Counted from the stretch's first letter, positions 1-9,857 are shown. The stretch: 64,000 bases of DNA from Terriglobia bacterium (GCA_965223005.1 CBDCVK010000010.1:1440001-1504000); one strand, 5' to 3'. The notes: generated by a model not told the origin, from the sequence alone. Made by a program: numbers and translations.

Positions 1-1
1 G

Positions 2-2545
2 ATCGAGTCCGTCTTCTGGGCAAGCGAGCAGAAGCAACCCCTGGAAGTTGCCGTGCGGATGATTCTGCTGCGCACCTCCGAAGAGGCGCGGCAGGTTCTG
101 GCGGACCTCCAGCGCGGGGAGGACTTTGCCGAGCTGGCTAAAAAGCACTCGATCGATTCCACCGGTCCGGCGGGCGGCTATCTGGGCAAAGTGAAGCTGT
201 CGGACTTACGCCCCGAAATTCAGGAGGCCTTGAGGGGGCTGGCTGCGGGACAGGTGTCCGGGGTTGTCCAAACGTCGGGCGGCTACATGATCCTGAAGGT
301 GCTTGAGGAAGAGGAGAGCGCCGAAATCGAGAGCGCGCAGCGCACCCCGGAGTCCCGACTGACCACCGACGTCTCGGGAGGGGGAGTAGTGAAGGACCTG
401 TTTGACCGCATCCAGAAGCCAGTCGGCTGGGAACAGGATTTGCCAACCATCTGCGCGGTGAAGCGCATGGCGGTTCGCGACGGATTAATACAATCGAAGG
501 ACAACAACACCCTGGCTCAGCTTTGGGTCTACCAGGGGGAATTAGATCGGGCGGTCAAATATTTCCAAGCGGTGTATGAACAGGCTGTCGCCCGCGGCGA
601 CAAACAAGTGCTGCTGGAATTGGAGGAGGTACTGGGGATTGTTCACATGCGCCTGGCCGAGGTTGAGAACCGTGTACCCAGCGCTCGCGCCAAGACCTGT
701 ATGTTTCCGATGCGTGGCGGGGTGCAGCCGGAGCAGACCGCCAATTGGGAGGTCGCCATCCGGCATTTTCTCAAGTTCCTGGAGCAGCAGCCGGAAGACC
801 TGGAGGTGAGGTGGTTGCTGAACCTTGCCTCCATGGCCCTGGGCAGGTATCCCGACGCTGTTCCCAAGCAATACCGGATTCCTATTGCGCCCTTTGAGTC
901 CAAGGAAGAGGTGGGCCGCTTTGTTGACGTGGCCCCTCTGGTGGGAGCCGACACCTTCAACACGGCCGGCGGAGCGATTGTGGATGACCTGGACAATGAT
1001 GGACTGCTGGACATTGTGACCAGCGCACTGGACCCTTGCGCGCCGATGCGCTACTTGCATAACAGCGGGACGGGAGCCTTCACCGACCGAACCGCGCAGG
1101 CCGGGCTGATCAATCAGCTCGGCGGGCTGAACATGGTCCCGGCCGACTACAACAATGACGGCTGCCTGGATATTCTGGTGCTCCGGGGCGCATGGGAACT
1201 GCCCATGCGCAACTCGCTGCTGCGCAATAACTGCGACGGAACCTTCACCGACGTGACCCGCACGAGTGGGGTGGCGGTGCCCGCCACTTCCACGCAAACC
1301 GCTGCCTGGGCCGACATTGATCTGGACGGCAACCTGGACCTGTTCGTGGGCAACGAGCACTCCCCCAGCCAGCTGTTCCTCAACCAGGGCGACGGGACCT
1401 TCGTGGACATTGCGCCCGCCGCCGGCGTGGACCGGGTCATGTTCAACAAAGCCGTCGCTGCGGGTGACTACGACAACGACGGCTACCCGGACTTCTACGT
1501 CTCAAATGGATTTGCAGAGAACTTTCTCTACCACAACAACCGGGATTTAACGTTTACCGACATGGCCAAACCCTTGGGAGTGCAACGACCCATTGGCAGC
1601 TTTCCGGCCTGGTTCTTCGACTATGACAACGACGGCTGGCTGGACCTGTTCGTTTCCAGTCACTTGGGCTCGATCGTGGGGGTCATCCGCAGCTACTTGC
1701 AATTGCCGGTTAATGCTGAGACCCCCAAGCTTTACAGGAACACAGGGTCGGGCTTCGAGGATGTGGCCAAGGAGGTTCGGCTGGACCGGATCTTCATGCC
1801 TATGGGGGTCAATTTCGGCGACCTGGACAATGACGGATTTCTCGATTTCTACTTGGGGACCGGCAGTCCTTCTTACGCAGGGCTAGTTCCAAACGTGCTG
1901 TTTAGGAATCACGACGGGAAGTATTTCGTGGATGTCACCGCTTCCTCCGGGACCGGCTGTCTTCATAAGGGGCATGGGGCGGCCTTCGCCGACATCGACA
2001 ACGACGGCGATGAAGACATTTTTATTCAGATGGGCGGCATGATGCCGGGCGACAGACACGCGAACTTACTCTTCAGAAACCCCGGGCACGGCAATAACTG
2101 GATCAGTCTGCGGCTGGTGGGCGTGAAGACGAACCGCGGGGCCATCGGCGCCCGCATCAAGGTTGCCGTGCAGACGCCCGGGGGTGGCCGCCGCTTCATT
2201 CACCGCCTCGTCGGCAGTGGCGGATCGTTTGGCGGCTCTCCCCTGGAGCAGCACATCGGGCTGGGCAAGGCGGGCAGCATCGAAACCCTGGAAATCTGGT
2301 GGCCCACCAGCGCCACGCGGCAGGTGTTCCACAACGTCGAGGCAAACCAGTTCCTGCAAATCAAGGAGTCGGAGAAAACATTCACGGCAGTCGAGCGGCC
2401 CTCCTTCTCATTGGGAGAAGAGAGCCGGAGGCACCCCACAAGACGTGTACCGCCGCGCGCCACACCCAGCCCGATGCTCTACGTCGGTTTCCTTCTGACC
2501 GCAGTCGGCGCCGGCCTGGTCCTCTATTACAAGCCAGCGTCCTGA
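2..2545 (+). CDS. PpiC rotamase + TPR + FG-GAP/CRTAC1 (ASPIC/UnbV) protein, copy 1; 5' end outside window; C-terminal hydrophobic helix
   Basis: GEDFAELAKKHSID..GGYLG rotamase motif; repeated DxDNDGxxD motifs; ASPIC/UnbV-type tail (NRGAIGARI, HIGLG, IWWPTS). Bases 1-55 match the N-terminal coding region of copy 2, so the true start is upstream. Ends MLYVGFLLTAVGAGLVLYYK. Confidence 0.85.
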   Translation: MESVFWASEQKQPLEVAVRMILLRTSEEARQVLADLQRGEDFAELAKKHSIDSTGPAGGYLGKVKLSDLRPEIQEALRGLAAGQVSGVVQTSGGYMILKVLEEEESAEIESAQRTPESRLTTDVSGGGVVKDLFDRIQKPVGWEQDLPTICAVKRMAVRDGLIQSKDNNTLAQLWVYQGELDRAVKYFQAVYEQAVARGDKQVLLELEEVLGIVHMRLAEVENRVPSARAKTCMFPMRGGVQPEQTANWEVAIRHFLKFLEQQPEDLEVRWLLNLASMALGRYPDAVPKQYRIPIAPFESKEEVGRFVDVAPLVGADTFNTAGGAIVDDLDNDGLLDIVTSALDPCAPMRYLHNSGTGAFTDRTAQAGLINQLGGLNMVPADYNNDGCLDILVLRGAWELPMRNSLLRNNCDGTFTDVTRTSGVAVPATSTQTAAWADIDLDGNLDLFVGNEHSPSQLFLNQGDGTFVDIAPAAGVDRVMFNKAVAAGDYDNDGYPDFYVSNGFAENFLYHNNRDLTFTDMAKPLGVQRPIGSFPAWFFDYDNDGWLDLFVSSHLGSIVGVIRSYLQLPVNAETPKLYRNTGSGFEDVAKEVRLDRIFMPMGVNFGDLDNDGFLDFYLGTGSPSYAGLVPNVLFRNHDGKYFVDVTASSGTGCLHKGHGAAFADIDNDGDEDIFIQMGGMMPGDRHANLLFRNPGHGNNWISLRLVGVKTNRGAIGARIKVAVQTPGGGRRFIHRLVGSGGSFGGSPLEQHIGLGKAGSIETLEIWWPTSATRQVFHNVEANQFLQIKESEKTFTAVERPSFSLGEESRRHPTRRVPPRATPSPMLYVGFLLTAVGAGLVLYYKPAS

Positions 2546-2586
2546 TATAGCCTCCGGCGCCGCAAGGAAAAGGTGGGAGCGGTATC

Positions 2587-5106
2587 ATGAAAGCAATCAA
2601 GCTGATCCCGGCCGTGGCCCTGCTGGGCATCGCTTTCCTGTTGATCGAGTCCGTCTTCTGGGCGAGCGAACAGAAGCAGCCTCTGGAAGTTGCCGTGCGG
2701 ATGATTCTGCTGCGCACCTCCGAAGAGGCGCGGCAGGTTCTGGCGAACCTCCAGCGCGGGGAGGACTTTGCCGAGCTGGCGAAAAAGCACTCGATCGATT
2801 CCACCGGGTCGGCGGGCGGCTATCTGGGCAAAGTGAAGCTGTCGGATTTGCGCCCCGAAATTCAGGAGGCCTTGCAGGGGTTGGCTGCAGGACAGGTGTC
2901 CGGGGTTGTCCAAACGTCGGGCGGCTACATGATCCTGAAAGTGCTTAAGGAAGCGGAGAGAGTTGAGATCGAGAGCGCGCAGCGCGACCCGGAGCGCCGA
3001 CCGACCACCAACGTCTCGGGATCTGGAGAAGTTCACCGCCTGTTTCTCCGCACCCAGAAGCCAGTCGGCTGGGAACAGGATTTGCCAACCATCTGCGCGG
3101 TGAAACGCATGGCGGTTCGCAACGGATTGATCCGATCGAAAGACAACCACACCCTGGCTCAGCTTTGGGCCTACCAGGGGGAATTGGGTCGGGCAGTCAA
3201 ATATTTCCAAGCGGTGCATGAACAGGCTGTCGTCCGCGGTGACAAGCAGGTGCTGCTGGAATTGGAGGAAAAGCTAGGGATTGCCCACCTACGCCTGGCC
3301 CAGGTTGAGAACCGTGTGCCCAGCGCACGCGTCAAGACCTGCATGTTTCCGATGCTTGGCGGGGCGCAGCCGGAGCAGATGGCCAATTGGGAGGCCGCCA
3401 TCCGGCATTTTCTCAAGTTCCTGGAGCAGCAGCCGGAAGACCTGGAGGTGAGGTGGTTGCTGAACCTTGCCTCGATGTCCCTGGGCAGGTACCCCGAGGC
3501 TGTTCCCCAGCAATACCTGATTCCTCTTGCCCCCTTTGAGTCCAAGGAAGAGGTGGGCCGCTTTGTTGACGTGGCTCCCCTGGTGGGAGTCGACACCTTC
3601 AACACGGCCGGCGGAGCGATTGTGGATGACCTGGACAATGACGGACTGCTGGATATTGTGACCACCTCAATGGACCCATGCGCGCCGATGCGCTACTTAC
3701 ACAACAGCGGGACGGGAGCCTTCACCGACCGAACCGCCCAGGCCGGGCTGATCAATCAGCTTGGCGGGCTGAACATGGTTCCGGCCGACTACAACAATGA
3801 CGGCTGCCTGGATGTCCTGGTGCTCCGGGGTGCATGGGAACTCCCAATGCGGAACTCGCTACTGCGTAACAACTGCGACGGAACCTTCACCGACGTGACC
3901 CGCACGAGCGGGCTGGCGGTACCCGCCACCTCCACGCAAACCGCTGCCTGGGCCGACATTGATCTGGACGGCGACCTGGACCTGTTCGTGGGCAACGAAC
4001 ACTCTCCCAGCCAGCTTTTCCTCAACCAAGGCGACGGGACCTTCGTGGACATTGCGCCCCCCGCCGGCGTGGACCGGGTCATGTTTACCAAAGCCGTTGT
4101 TGCGGGCGACTACGACAACGACGGCTACCCGGACTTCTACGTCTCAAACGTGTCTGAGGAGAACTTCCTCTACCACAACAACCGGGATTTAACGTTTACC
4201 GACATGGCCAAACCCTTGCGAGTGCAACAACCATTTTTCAGCTTTCAGGCCTGGTTCTTCGACTATGACAACGACGGCTGGCTGGACCTGTTCGTTTCCA
4301 GTTACTATGCCTCAATCGTGGACATCGTCCGCAGTTACCTGCAATTACCGGTGGAGGTCGAGACGCTCAAGCTCTACAGGAACACCGGGTCGGGCTTCGA
4401 GGATGTGACCAAAAGTGTTCGACTGGACCGGATCTTCACGCCGATGGGGTGCAATTTCGGCGACCTGGACAATGACGGATTTCTCGATTTCTACTTGGGG
4501 ACGGGGAGTCCTTCTTACGCAGCGTTAGTTCCAAACGTGTTGTTTAGGAATCGCGACGGGAAGTCTTTCGTGGATGTCACCGCTTCCTCCGGGACCGGCT
4601 GTCTTCATAAGGGACATGGGGCGGCCTTCGCCGACATCGACAACGACGGCGATGAAGACATTTTTATTCAGATGGGCGGCATGATCCCTGGCGACAGGCA
4701 TGGGAACTTGCTCTTCAGAAACCCCGGTCACGGCAACAACTGGATCAGTCTGCGGCTGGTGGGGGTGAAGACGAACCGCGGGGCCATCGGCGCCCGCATC
4801 AAGCTTGGCGTGCGGACGCCCGGGGGTGGCCGCCGCTTCATTCACCGCCTGGTCGGCAGCGGCGGATCGTTTGGCGCCTCCCCGCTGGAGCAGCACATCG
4901 GGCTGGGCAAGGCGGGCAGCATCGAAACCCTGGAAATCTGGTGGCCCACCAGCGACACGCGGCAGGTGTTCCACAACGTCGGGGTAAACCAGTTCCTGGA
5001 AATCAAGGAGTCGGAGAAAACATTCACGGCAGTCGAGCGGCCCTCCTTCTCATTGGGAGAAGTCGGCGGCACCGAGGGTGCGGAGCCAAACAGGCTATCT
5101 CGGTAA
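2587..5106 (+). CDS. PpiC rotamase + TPR + FG-GAP/CRTAC1 (ASPIC/UnbV) protein, copy 2
   Basis: N-terminal signal/anchor (MKAIKLIPAVALLGIAFLLI); collinear with copy 1; no C-terminal hydrophobic helix. Confidence 0.88.
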   Translation: MKAIKLIPAVALLGIAFLLIESVFWASEQKQPLEVAVRMILLRTSEEARQVLANLQRGEDFAELAKKHSIDSTGSAGGYLGKVKLSDLRPEIQEALQGLAAGQVSGVVQTSGGYMILKVLKEAERVEIESAQRDPERRPTTNVSGSGEVHRLFLRTQKPVGWEQDLPTICAVKRMAVRNGLIRSKDNHTLAQLWAYQGELGRAVKYFQAVHEQAVVRGDKQVLLELEEKLGIAHLRLAQVENRVPSARVKTCMFPMLGGAQPEQMANWEAAIRHFLKFLEQQPEDLEVRWLLNLASMSLGRYPEAVPQQYLIPLAPFESKEEVGRFVDVAPLVGVDTFNTAGGAIVDDLDNDGLLDIVTTSMDPCAPMRYLHNSGTGAFTDRTAQAGLINQLGGLNMVPADYNNDGCLDVLVLRGAWELPMRNSLLRNNCDGTFTDVTRTSGLAVPATSTQTAAWADIDLDGDLDLFVGNEHSPSQLFLNQGDGTFVDIAPPAGVDRVMFTKAVVAGDYDNDGYPDFYVSNVSEENFLYHNNRDLTFTDMAKPLRVQQPFFSFQAWFFDYDNDGWLDLFVSSYYASIVDIVRSYLQLPVEVETLKLYRNTGSGFEDVTKSVRLDRIFTPMGCNFGDLDNDGFLDFYLGTGSPSYAALVPNVLFRNRDGKSFVDVTASSGTGCLHKGHGAAFADIDNDGDEDIFIQMGGMIPGDRHGNLLFRNPGHGNNWISLRLVGVKTNRGAIGARIKLGVRTPGGGRRFIHRLVGSGGSFGASPLEQHIGLGKAGSIETLEIWWPTSDTRQVFHNVGVNQFLEIKESEKTFTAVERPSFSLGEVGGTEGAEPNRLSR

Positions 5107-5247
5107 GCCCCTGGGGTCCCAGCGGCAGGTTTTTGAAATAGCTTAACAACTTCCAGTACATAGTTTGCGGGTAAACGGCCGGCGTGGCCAGCTCGTCTTA
5201 AGCTACGGACAGAGAGGGACTGGTTTGTCTGCGCTTGATTGAGCTAA

Positions 5248-6465
5248 ATGGCTGAGTTTATTACCAGATACGCGAACGAGCGGGGCAAGGTACTGGAGCA
5301 GACGGAGCGCGCTGACTCTGAGGAAGAGGTGCGGTCGCGCTACGCCCAGCAGGGATTTTACGTCTTCTCGGTGCGACCGCGGGGAGCTTTTGCCCTAAAG
5401 AAGGCGAAGCGGGCTCCTGCGGCGCGGGCCGGCGCCAAGCTGGAGCCGTTCCTGATCTTCAACCAACAGTTTGTCACGCTGATCCGCGCCGGGTTACCTG
5501 TGTTGAAGGCGCTAGACTTGCTGTCGGGCCGCATTGGCTACGCTCCCCTGCGCGAGCGGATCCGGGACGTGCGCGAGCGCGTCCGCGGTGGTGCCCTGCT
5601 CTCGGAGGCGTTCGAAGCCCAGGAAGTTTTCCCTAAGATCTACCTCACCTCGCTGCTGGCCGGGGAAAAAGCGGGCAACCTGGAAGAGGTGCTGGATCGC
5701 TACATCGCCTACACGCGCTTGGCCGTGTCGGTACGCAGGAAGCTGCTGGCTTCGCTGGTCTACCCGGCGTTGCTTCTGTTCCTGGTGACCGGACTGGTGA
5801 CCTTCCTGACCGTCTACGTAATCCCCAACTTCGCAGAGCTTTACGCGGGCATGGGAGCCCAGCTTCCCCCTATGACCCAGGTGCTGATCGCCGTAGGGCT
5901 GGCCATCAAGAACTACCTGGTGGTGCTGGTGCTGGGAATCGTGCTGCTGGGTGCGGCCATCTATTCCTGGTCCCGGTCAGCCGGCGGCGCGGCGCGTTTG
6001 GATACGCTCAAGCTGAAGCTTCCACTGGCCGGTGAGATCTGGTTGAAGTACCAGGTGGCGCAGTTCTGCCGGATGCTGTCCACCCTGCTTAGTGGCGGCA
6101 TCCCATTAGTGGCGGCCTTGGAGACGGCGGCCGGCTCGTTCGGCTCGGCGCTGGTGCGTAGGACGCTGGAAGTGGCCAGCCGGGCGGTGCGGGAGGGGCG
6201 CACACTGTCGGCCGGCCTGCGGGAGTCGGCCCTTATCCCCGACCTGACAGTGGAAATGATTGAGGTGGGTGAGTCCACCGGTGCGTTGCCCCAGATGCTG
6301 GCCAGCGCCGCCGAATTCTACGAGGAGGATGTGCAGACCCGGCTGCAGGCTGCCCTGACGCTGGTCGAGCCAGCGATCCTCATCCTCATGGGGATCCTCG
6401 TGGCGTTTGTGCTGGTTTCTCTCTATCTGCCCATCTTCTCGCTGGCGGAAAGGATCCAGACATGA
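5248..6465 (+). CDS. pilC: Type IV pilus / T2SS platform protein (PilC/GspF family)
   Basis: AGEKAGNL, SLVYPALL, MIEVGESTGAL and LYLPIF motifs; three TM segments. Confidence 0.92.
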   Translation: MAEFITRYANERGKVLEQTERADSEEEVRSRYAQQGFYVFSVRPRGAFALKKAKRAPAARAGAKLEPFLIFNQQFVTLIRAGLPVLKALDLLSGRIGYAPLRERIRDVRERVRGGALLSEAFEAQEVFPKIYLTSLLAGEKAGNLEEVLDRYIAYTRLAVSVRRKLLASLVYPALLLFLVTGLVTFLTVYVIPNFAELYAGMGAQLPPMTQVLIAVGLAIKNYLVVLVLGIVLLGAAIYSWSRSAGGAARLDTLKLKLPLAGEIWLKYQVAQFCRMLSTLLSGGIPLVAALETAAGSFGSALVRRTLEVASRAVREGRTLSAGLRESALIPDLTVEMIEVGESTGALPQMLASAAEFYEEDVQTRLQAALTLVEPAILILMGILVAFVLVSLYLPIFSLAERIQT

Positions 6466-8102
6466 GTGAACCGAAATACAGGAACGGAAACGGAAGCGAG
6501 CTGGCGACCAACGCGGCGGGCGAGGAGACCCGTGCTCGCGACCTGGCCGCCCGCTACCGCTGCCCGTTCATCAACCTGAAGGAGCAGCCGATTGATCACG
6601 AGCTGCTGCGCAGCATTCCGGTGGATCTGATGTTCCGCTACCACTTCGTTCCGCTCCGCAGCCATAACCAGACGCTGGAGGTCGCCATCGCCGACCCCAG
6701 CCAGCTGGTGCTGATTGACGAGGTCTCGCTGCTGCTCAACAAGAAGCTCAAGCTGCGCGTGGCGACGCTCGGCCAGATCAACGAGCTGCTGAAGACGACC
6801 GCGCAGTCGCAGCGCGTGCTGGAGGAAGCCACGGAGGGATTCACCCTGGACGTGATCCACGAAGAAGAGGGCCAGGACGAAGCGCTCTCGATCGAGAAGC
6901 TGACGCGCGACAGCGACATCAGTCCGGTCATCCGCCTGGTGGATACCACCATCTTTACGGCGCTAGAACGGCGGGCCAGCGACATTCACATCGAGACGCG
7001 CGACAGCGAGGTGGCCATGAAGTATCGCATTGACGGCGTGCTGCACTACGCCATGCCGCCAATCGCCAAAGACTGGGCGCCGACCATCATCTCCCGCATC
7101 AAGGTCATGTCGGAGCTGGATATCGCCGAGCGGCGCATACCCCAGGACGGGCGCTTCCGGGTGCGCTACAAGAACCGCTCGATTGATTTCCGCGTCTCCA
7201 TCATGCCCTCCATCCACGGAGAGGACGCGGTGCTGCGGGTGCTGGACAAGGAGTCCATGAGCGAGCAGTTCCGCCAGCTCTCCCTAGACTCGGTGGGCTT
7301 CCCCGAGCATGATCTGAAGAAGTTCCGGCGTTACATCCAGGAGCCTTACGGCATGGTGCTGGTGACGGGGCCGACCGGCAGCGGCAAGACCACCACCTTG
7401 TATGCGGCCCTGATGGAAATCAAGAACGACGAGGACAAGATCATCACCATCGAGGACCCGGTGGAGTATCAGATCAAGGGCATCACCCAGATTCCCGTGA
7501 ATGAGAAAAAGGGGCTTACCTTCGCCCGCGGCTTGCGCTCGATCCTGCGCCACGATCCGGACAAGATCATGGTGGGGGAGATCCGCGACAACGAGACGGC
7601 CCAGATCGCCATCCAGTCCGCTCTGACCGGTCACCTGGTGTTTACCACCGTCCACGCCAACAATGTGGTGGACGTGCTGAGCCGCTTTCTGAACATGGGG
7701 GTGGAACCGTACAACTTCGTCTCGGCTCTCAACTGCATCCTGGCCCAGCGATTGGTGCGCCTCATCTGCGCGCAGTGCAGGCGCGCAGTTCATTATCCCG
7801 ATTCAGACCTGGAGGAGTCGGGGCTGGACCCGAGGGTCTGGCGCGAGCGGTCTTTCTACGAAGGCGCCGGCTGTCTGGAATGTTCCGGAACTGGCTTCCG
7901 CGGGCGCACCGCCATCACGGAGCTGCTGGACCTGTCGGACCGCATTCGCGAGATCATCCTCGCCAAGCGCCCTGCCTCGGACATCAAGCGAGCGGCGAGT
8001 GAGGAAGGCATGAACTTCCTGCGCGAAGCAGCCTTGGCCAAGGTCCAGGCAGGGGTGACGACGCTGCGCGAAATCAACAAGGTAACGTTCATCGAGGGAT
8101 AG
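6462..8102 (+). CDS. pilB: GspE/PilB family assembly ATPase
   Basis: ASDIHIE, LDIAERRIPQDG, Walker A GPTGSGKTTT, TIEDPVEY, LRHDPDKIMVGEIRD, two CxxC motifs; ATGA overlap with pilC. Confidence 0.93.
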   Translation: MSEPKYRNGNGSELATNAAGEETRARDLAARYRCPFINLKEQPIDHELLRSIPVDLMFRYHFVPLRSHNQTLEVAIADPSQLVLIDEVSLLLNKKLKLRVATLGQINELLKTTAQSQRVLEEATEGFTLDVIHEEEGQDEALSIEKLTRDSDISPVIRLVDTTIFTALERRASDIHIETRDSEVAMKYRIDGVLHYAMPPIAKDWAPTIISRIKVMSELDIAERRIPQDGRFRVRYKNRSIDFRVSIMPSIHGEDAVLRVLDKESMSEQFRQLSLDSVGFPEHDLKKFRRYIQEPYGMVLVTGPTGSGKTTTLYAALMEIKNDEDKIITIEDPVEYQIKGITQIPVNEKKGLTFARGLRSILRHDPDKIMVGEIRDNETAQIAIQSALTGHLVFTTVHANNVVDVLSRFLNMGVEPYNFVSALNCILAQRLVRLICAQCRRAVHYPDSDLEESGLDPRVWRERSFYEGAGCLECSGTGFRGRTAITELLDLSDRIREIILAKRPASDIKRAASEEGMNFLREAALAKVQAGVTTLREINKVTFIEG

Positions 8103-8118
8103 TTTTGATAGCCGATCC

Positions 8119-8225
8119 CGGATTTCGGATTGCAGCATTAGCCACAGAGACACAGAGCGCTCAGAGCCGGAAAAGCTTTTTCTCTGTGCCCGTGTGGCTG
8201 AATCCGAAATCCGCAATCCGAAATC
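8119..8225. repeat. Nested palindromic intergenic element (heptamer arms around a CACAGAG core)
   Basis: CGGATTTCGGATT (8119-8131) is the reverse complement of AATCCGAAATCCG (8201-8213); inner TAGCCACA/TGTGGCTG and CACAGAG/CTCTGTG pairs; central AAAAGCTTTT. Confidence 0.85.
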
Positions 8226-8228
8226 GTC

Positions 8229-9176
8229 ATGGCTAGTGCGCACTCGGTTCCCAGAAACCTGTTCCACCGGCTCTGGCATGAGCCGCCGCCCTCGCTGGCC
8301 GTGGAGTTTTCCTCTGGCGGGGTGGCGGCGGCATGCTGGACGCCGGGGGTGGACACAGTAGATGAGTTCACGAGCGAGCCGCTGCCAGAAGGGGCGCTGC
8401 GGCCTTCGCTGGTTCGCGAAAATGTGCTGAGTCCGGATGCGGTGCGTTTGGCGCTGGCGCAGGTGCTGGGGCGGATGAATCGGCGCAGCGGCGCCAATCT
8501 GGCCGTGCTGCTGCCCGACGTCGCGGCACGGGTCTCTCCCCTGACACTGGAGCAGCTTCCAGCCCGGCAGGAAGAGGCTCAGGCGCTGCTTCGCTGGCGC
8601 CTGAAGAAGACGGTGCCGTTTGAGGTGGAACAGGCTTCATTCGCTTACCAGCCAGTGGGTGATTCCCCTGAGGGGCGAGAGGTGCTGGTAGCGGTGGCCC
8701 CGCGAGTTGTGGTGAGACAGTACGAGATGGCGCTGGAGTCGTTGGGCTATCAGCCCGGCTTCGTCACCCTCTCTTCGCTGGCCGTGATCGGGCTTCTGCC
8801 GGTGGGCAGTACCGACGCCAACCGAGGCGCCATGCTGCTTCGCAGCTCGGGGCGGCTGTTGACCATCCTGATGACCGGCTCCGACAGGCTACGCATGTTT
8901 CGCTCCTCTGAATTGCCGGCCGAGGAGCAACCCCGTTCGCTAGAAGAAATTGTCGCGGACGCATATAGCTCAGCCGTGTACTTTCAGGACACTTTCGGGG
9001 AAACGCTGGAGCGAATCTACCTGGCCGGGTTTGGCGGGCAAACGCCGCAGTTGCAGGAATTGATCGACCAGGAACTCGACGTTCGAGCGCAACCCCTGCT
9101 GGTGCCCGGAGTGCGCAGCGAAGACAACGACTTCCTCGGTCTCCACGGGATGATCGCCGAGCAGGCCAAAGCATGA
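8229..9176 (+). CDS. pilM: PilM-like pilus alignment protein
   Basis: LRWRLKKTVPF and VRQYE motifs, IYLAG; lies between pilB and pilN. Confidence 0.8.
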   Translation: MASAHSVPRNLFHRLWHEPPPSLAVEFSSGGVAAACWTPGVDTVDEFTSEPLPEGALRPSLVRENVLSPDAVRLALAQVLGRMNRRSGANLAVLLPDVAARVSPLTLEQLPARQEEAQALLRWRLKKTVPFEVEQASFAYQPVGDSPEGREVLVAVAPRVVVRQYEMALESLGYQPGFVTLSSLAVIGLLPVGSTDANRGAMLLRSSGRLLTILMTGSDRLRMFRSSELPAEEQPRSLEEIVADAYSSAVYFQDTFGETLERIYLAGFGGQTPQLQELIDQELDVRAQPLLVPGVRSEDNDFLGLHGMIAEQAKA

Positions 9177-9185
9177 TTGCGGAGA

Positions 9186-9259
9186 CATTAGCCACAGAGG
9201 CACAGAGCGCACAGAGCCGGAAAAGCTTTTTCTCTGTGCTCTCCGTGTCTCTGTGGCTG
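9186..9259. repeat. Second copy of the CACAGAG palindromic element
   Basis: TAGCCACAGAGGCACAGAGCGCACAGAG (9189-9216) pairs with CTCTGTGCTCTCCGTGTCTCTGTGGCTG (9232-9259); core nearly identical to 8136-8189. Confidence 0.88.
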
Positions 9260-9287
9260 GCGCTGAAATCCGGAATTGGGAATCGGC

Positions 9288-9857
9288 ATGCGCATTGACC
9301 TGAACCTGGCGAGCCGCCCCGTCGAGAACCTGCGGCGGTTTTACCTGCTGGCGGGGACTGGCGTGGTGCTGTTGGCCCTGCTGGCCACCGCCCAGGCGAC
9401 CATTTTCTTCCGCGACTGGTGGGCCGGGCGCGAGGACCGCCAACAAACCGAGAGCCGGCGTGCCGAGGTGCGTCGCCTGGAAGCCGAAGAAAAAAAGTTC
9501 AAGGAGCAGCTCGAGCAGCCGCAAGCTCAGGATGTGATAGTACGCTCTGATTTCCTAAACAAGTTGATCTTCCAGAAGAGTGTCTCCTGGACGCAAATCC
9601 TCATGGATTTGGAGGAGCTAGTCCCGGACCGCGTGATGGTGGTTTCCATCAGGCCGGAGATCGTGGAGCGCAGTCAGGTGCGCCTGGAGATGCAGGTCAT
9701 TGGCGAGTCCATCGGCCAGTTGCTGGAGTTTTTGCGGCGCATTGAAGGCTCCGCCAAGTTTGGCACGCCGGTGCTCAGCCAGGAAGTACCCGCACAGGAT
9801 GCCGCCCGGGACCCCAGCGTTAAGCTGGGATTAAGCGTGTTCTATGGCCAAAAATAA
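9288..9857 (+). CDS. pilN: PilN-like protein
   Basis: N-terminal IDLNLA motif, one TM, coiled coil, SWTQILMDLEELVP. Confidence 0.82.
   Translation: MRIDLNLASRPVENLRRFYLLAGTGVVLLALLATAQATIFFRDWWAGREDRQQTESRRAEVRRLEAEEKKFKEQLEQPQAQDVIVRSDFLNKLIFQKSVSWTQILMDLEELVPDRVMVVSIRPEIVERSQVRLEMQVIGESIGQLLEFLRRIEGSAKFGTPVLSQEVPAQDAARDPSVKLGLSVFYGQK

Noticed and set aside
2-5106. Diversity-generating retroelement TR/VR pair, or assembly duplication
   Set aside because: Differences are not confined to adenines, include indels and synonymous changes across full-length genes, and no reverse transcriptase is present.
8103-9287. CRISPR array or IS ends around pilM
   Set aside because: Only two copies about 1 kb apart, no spacer periodicity, no cas or transposase gene, and no evident target duplication.
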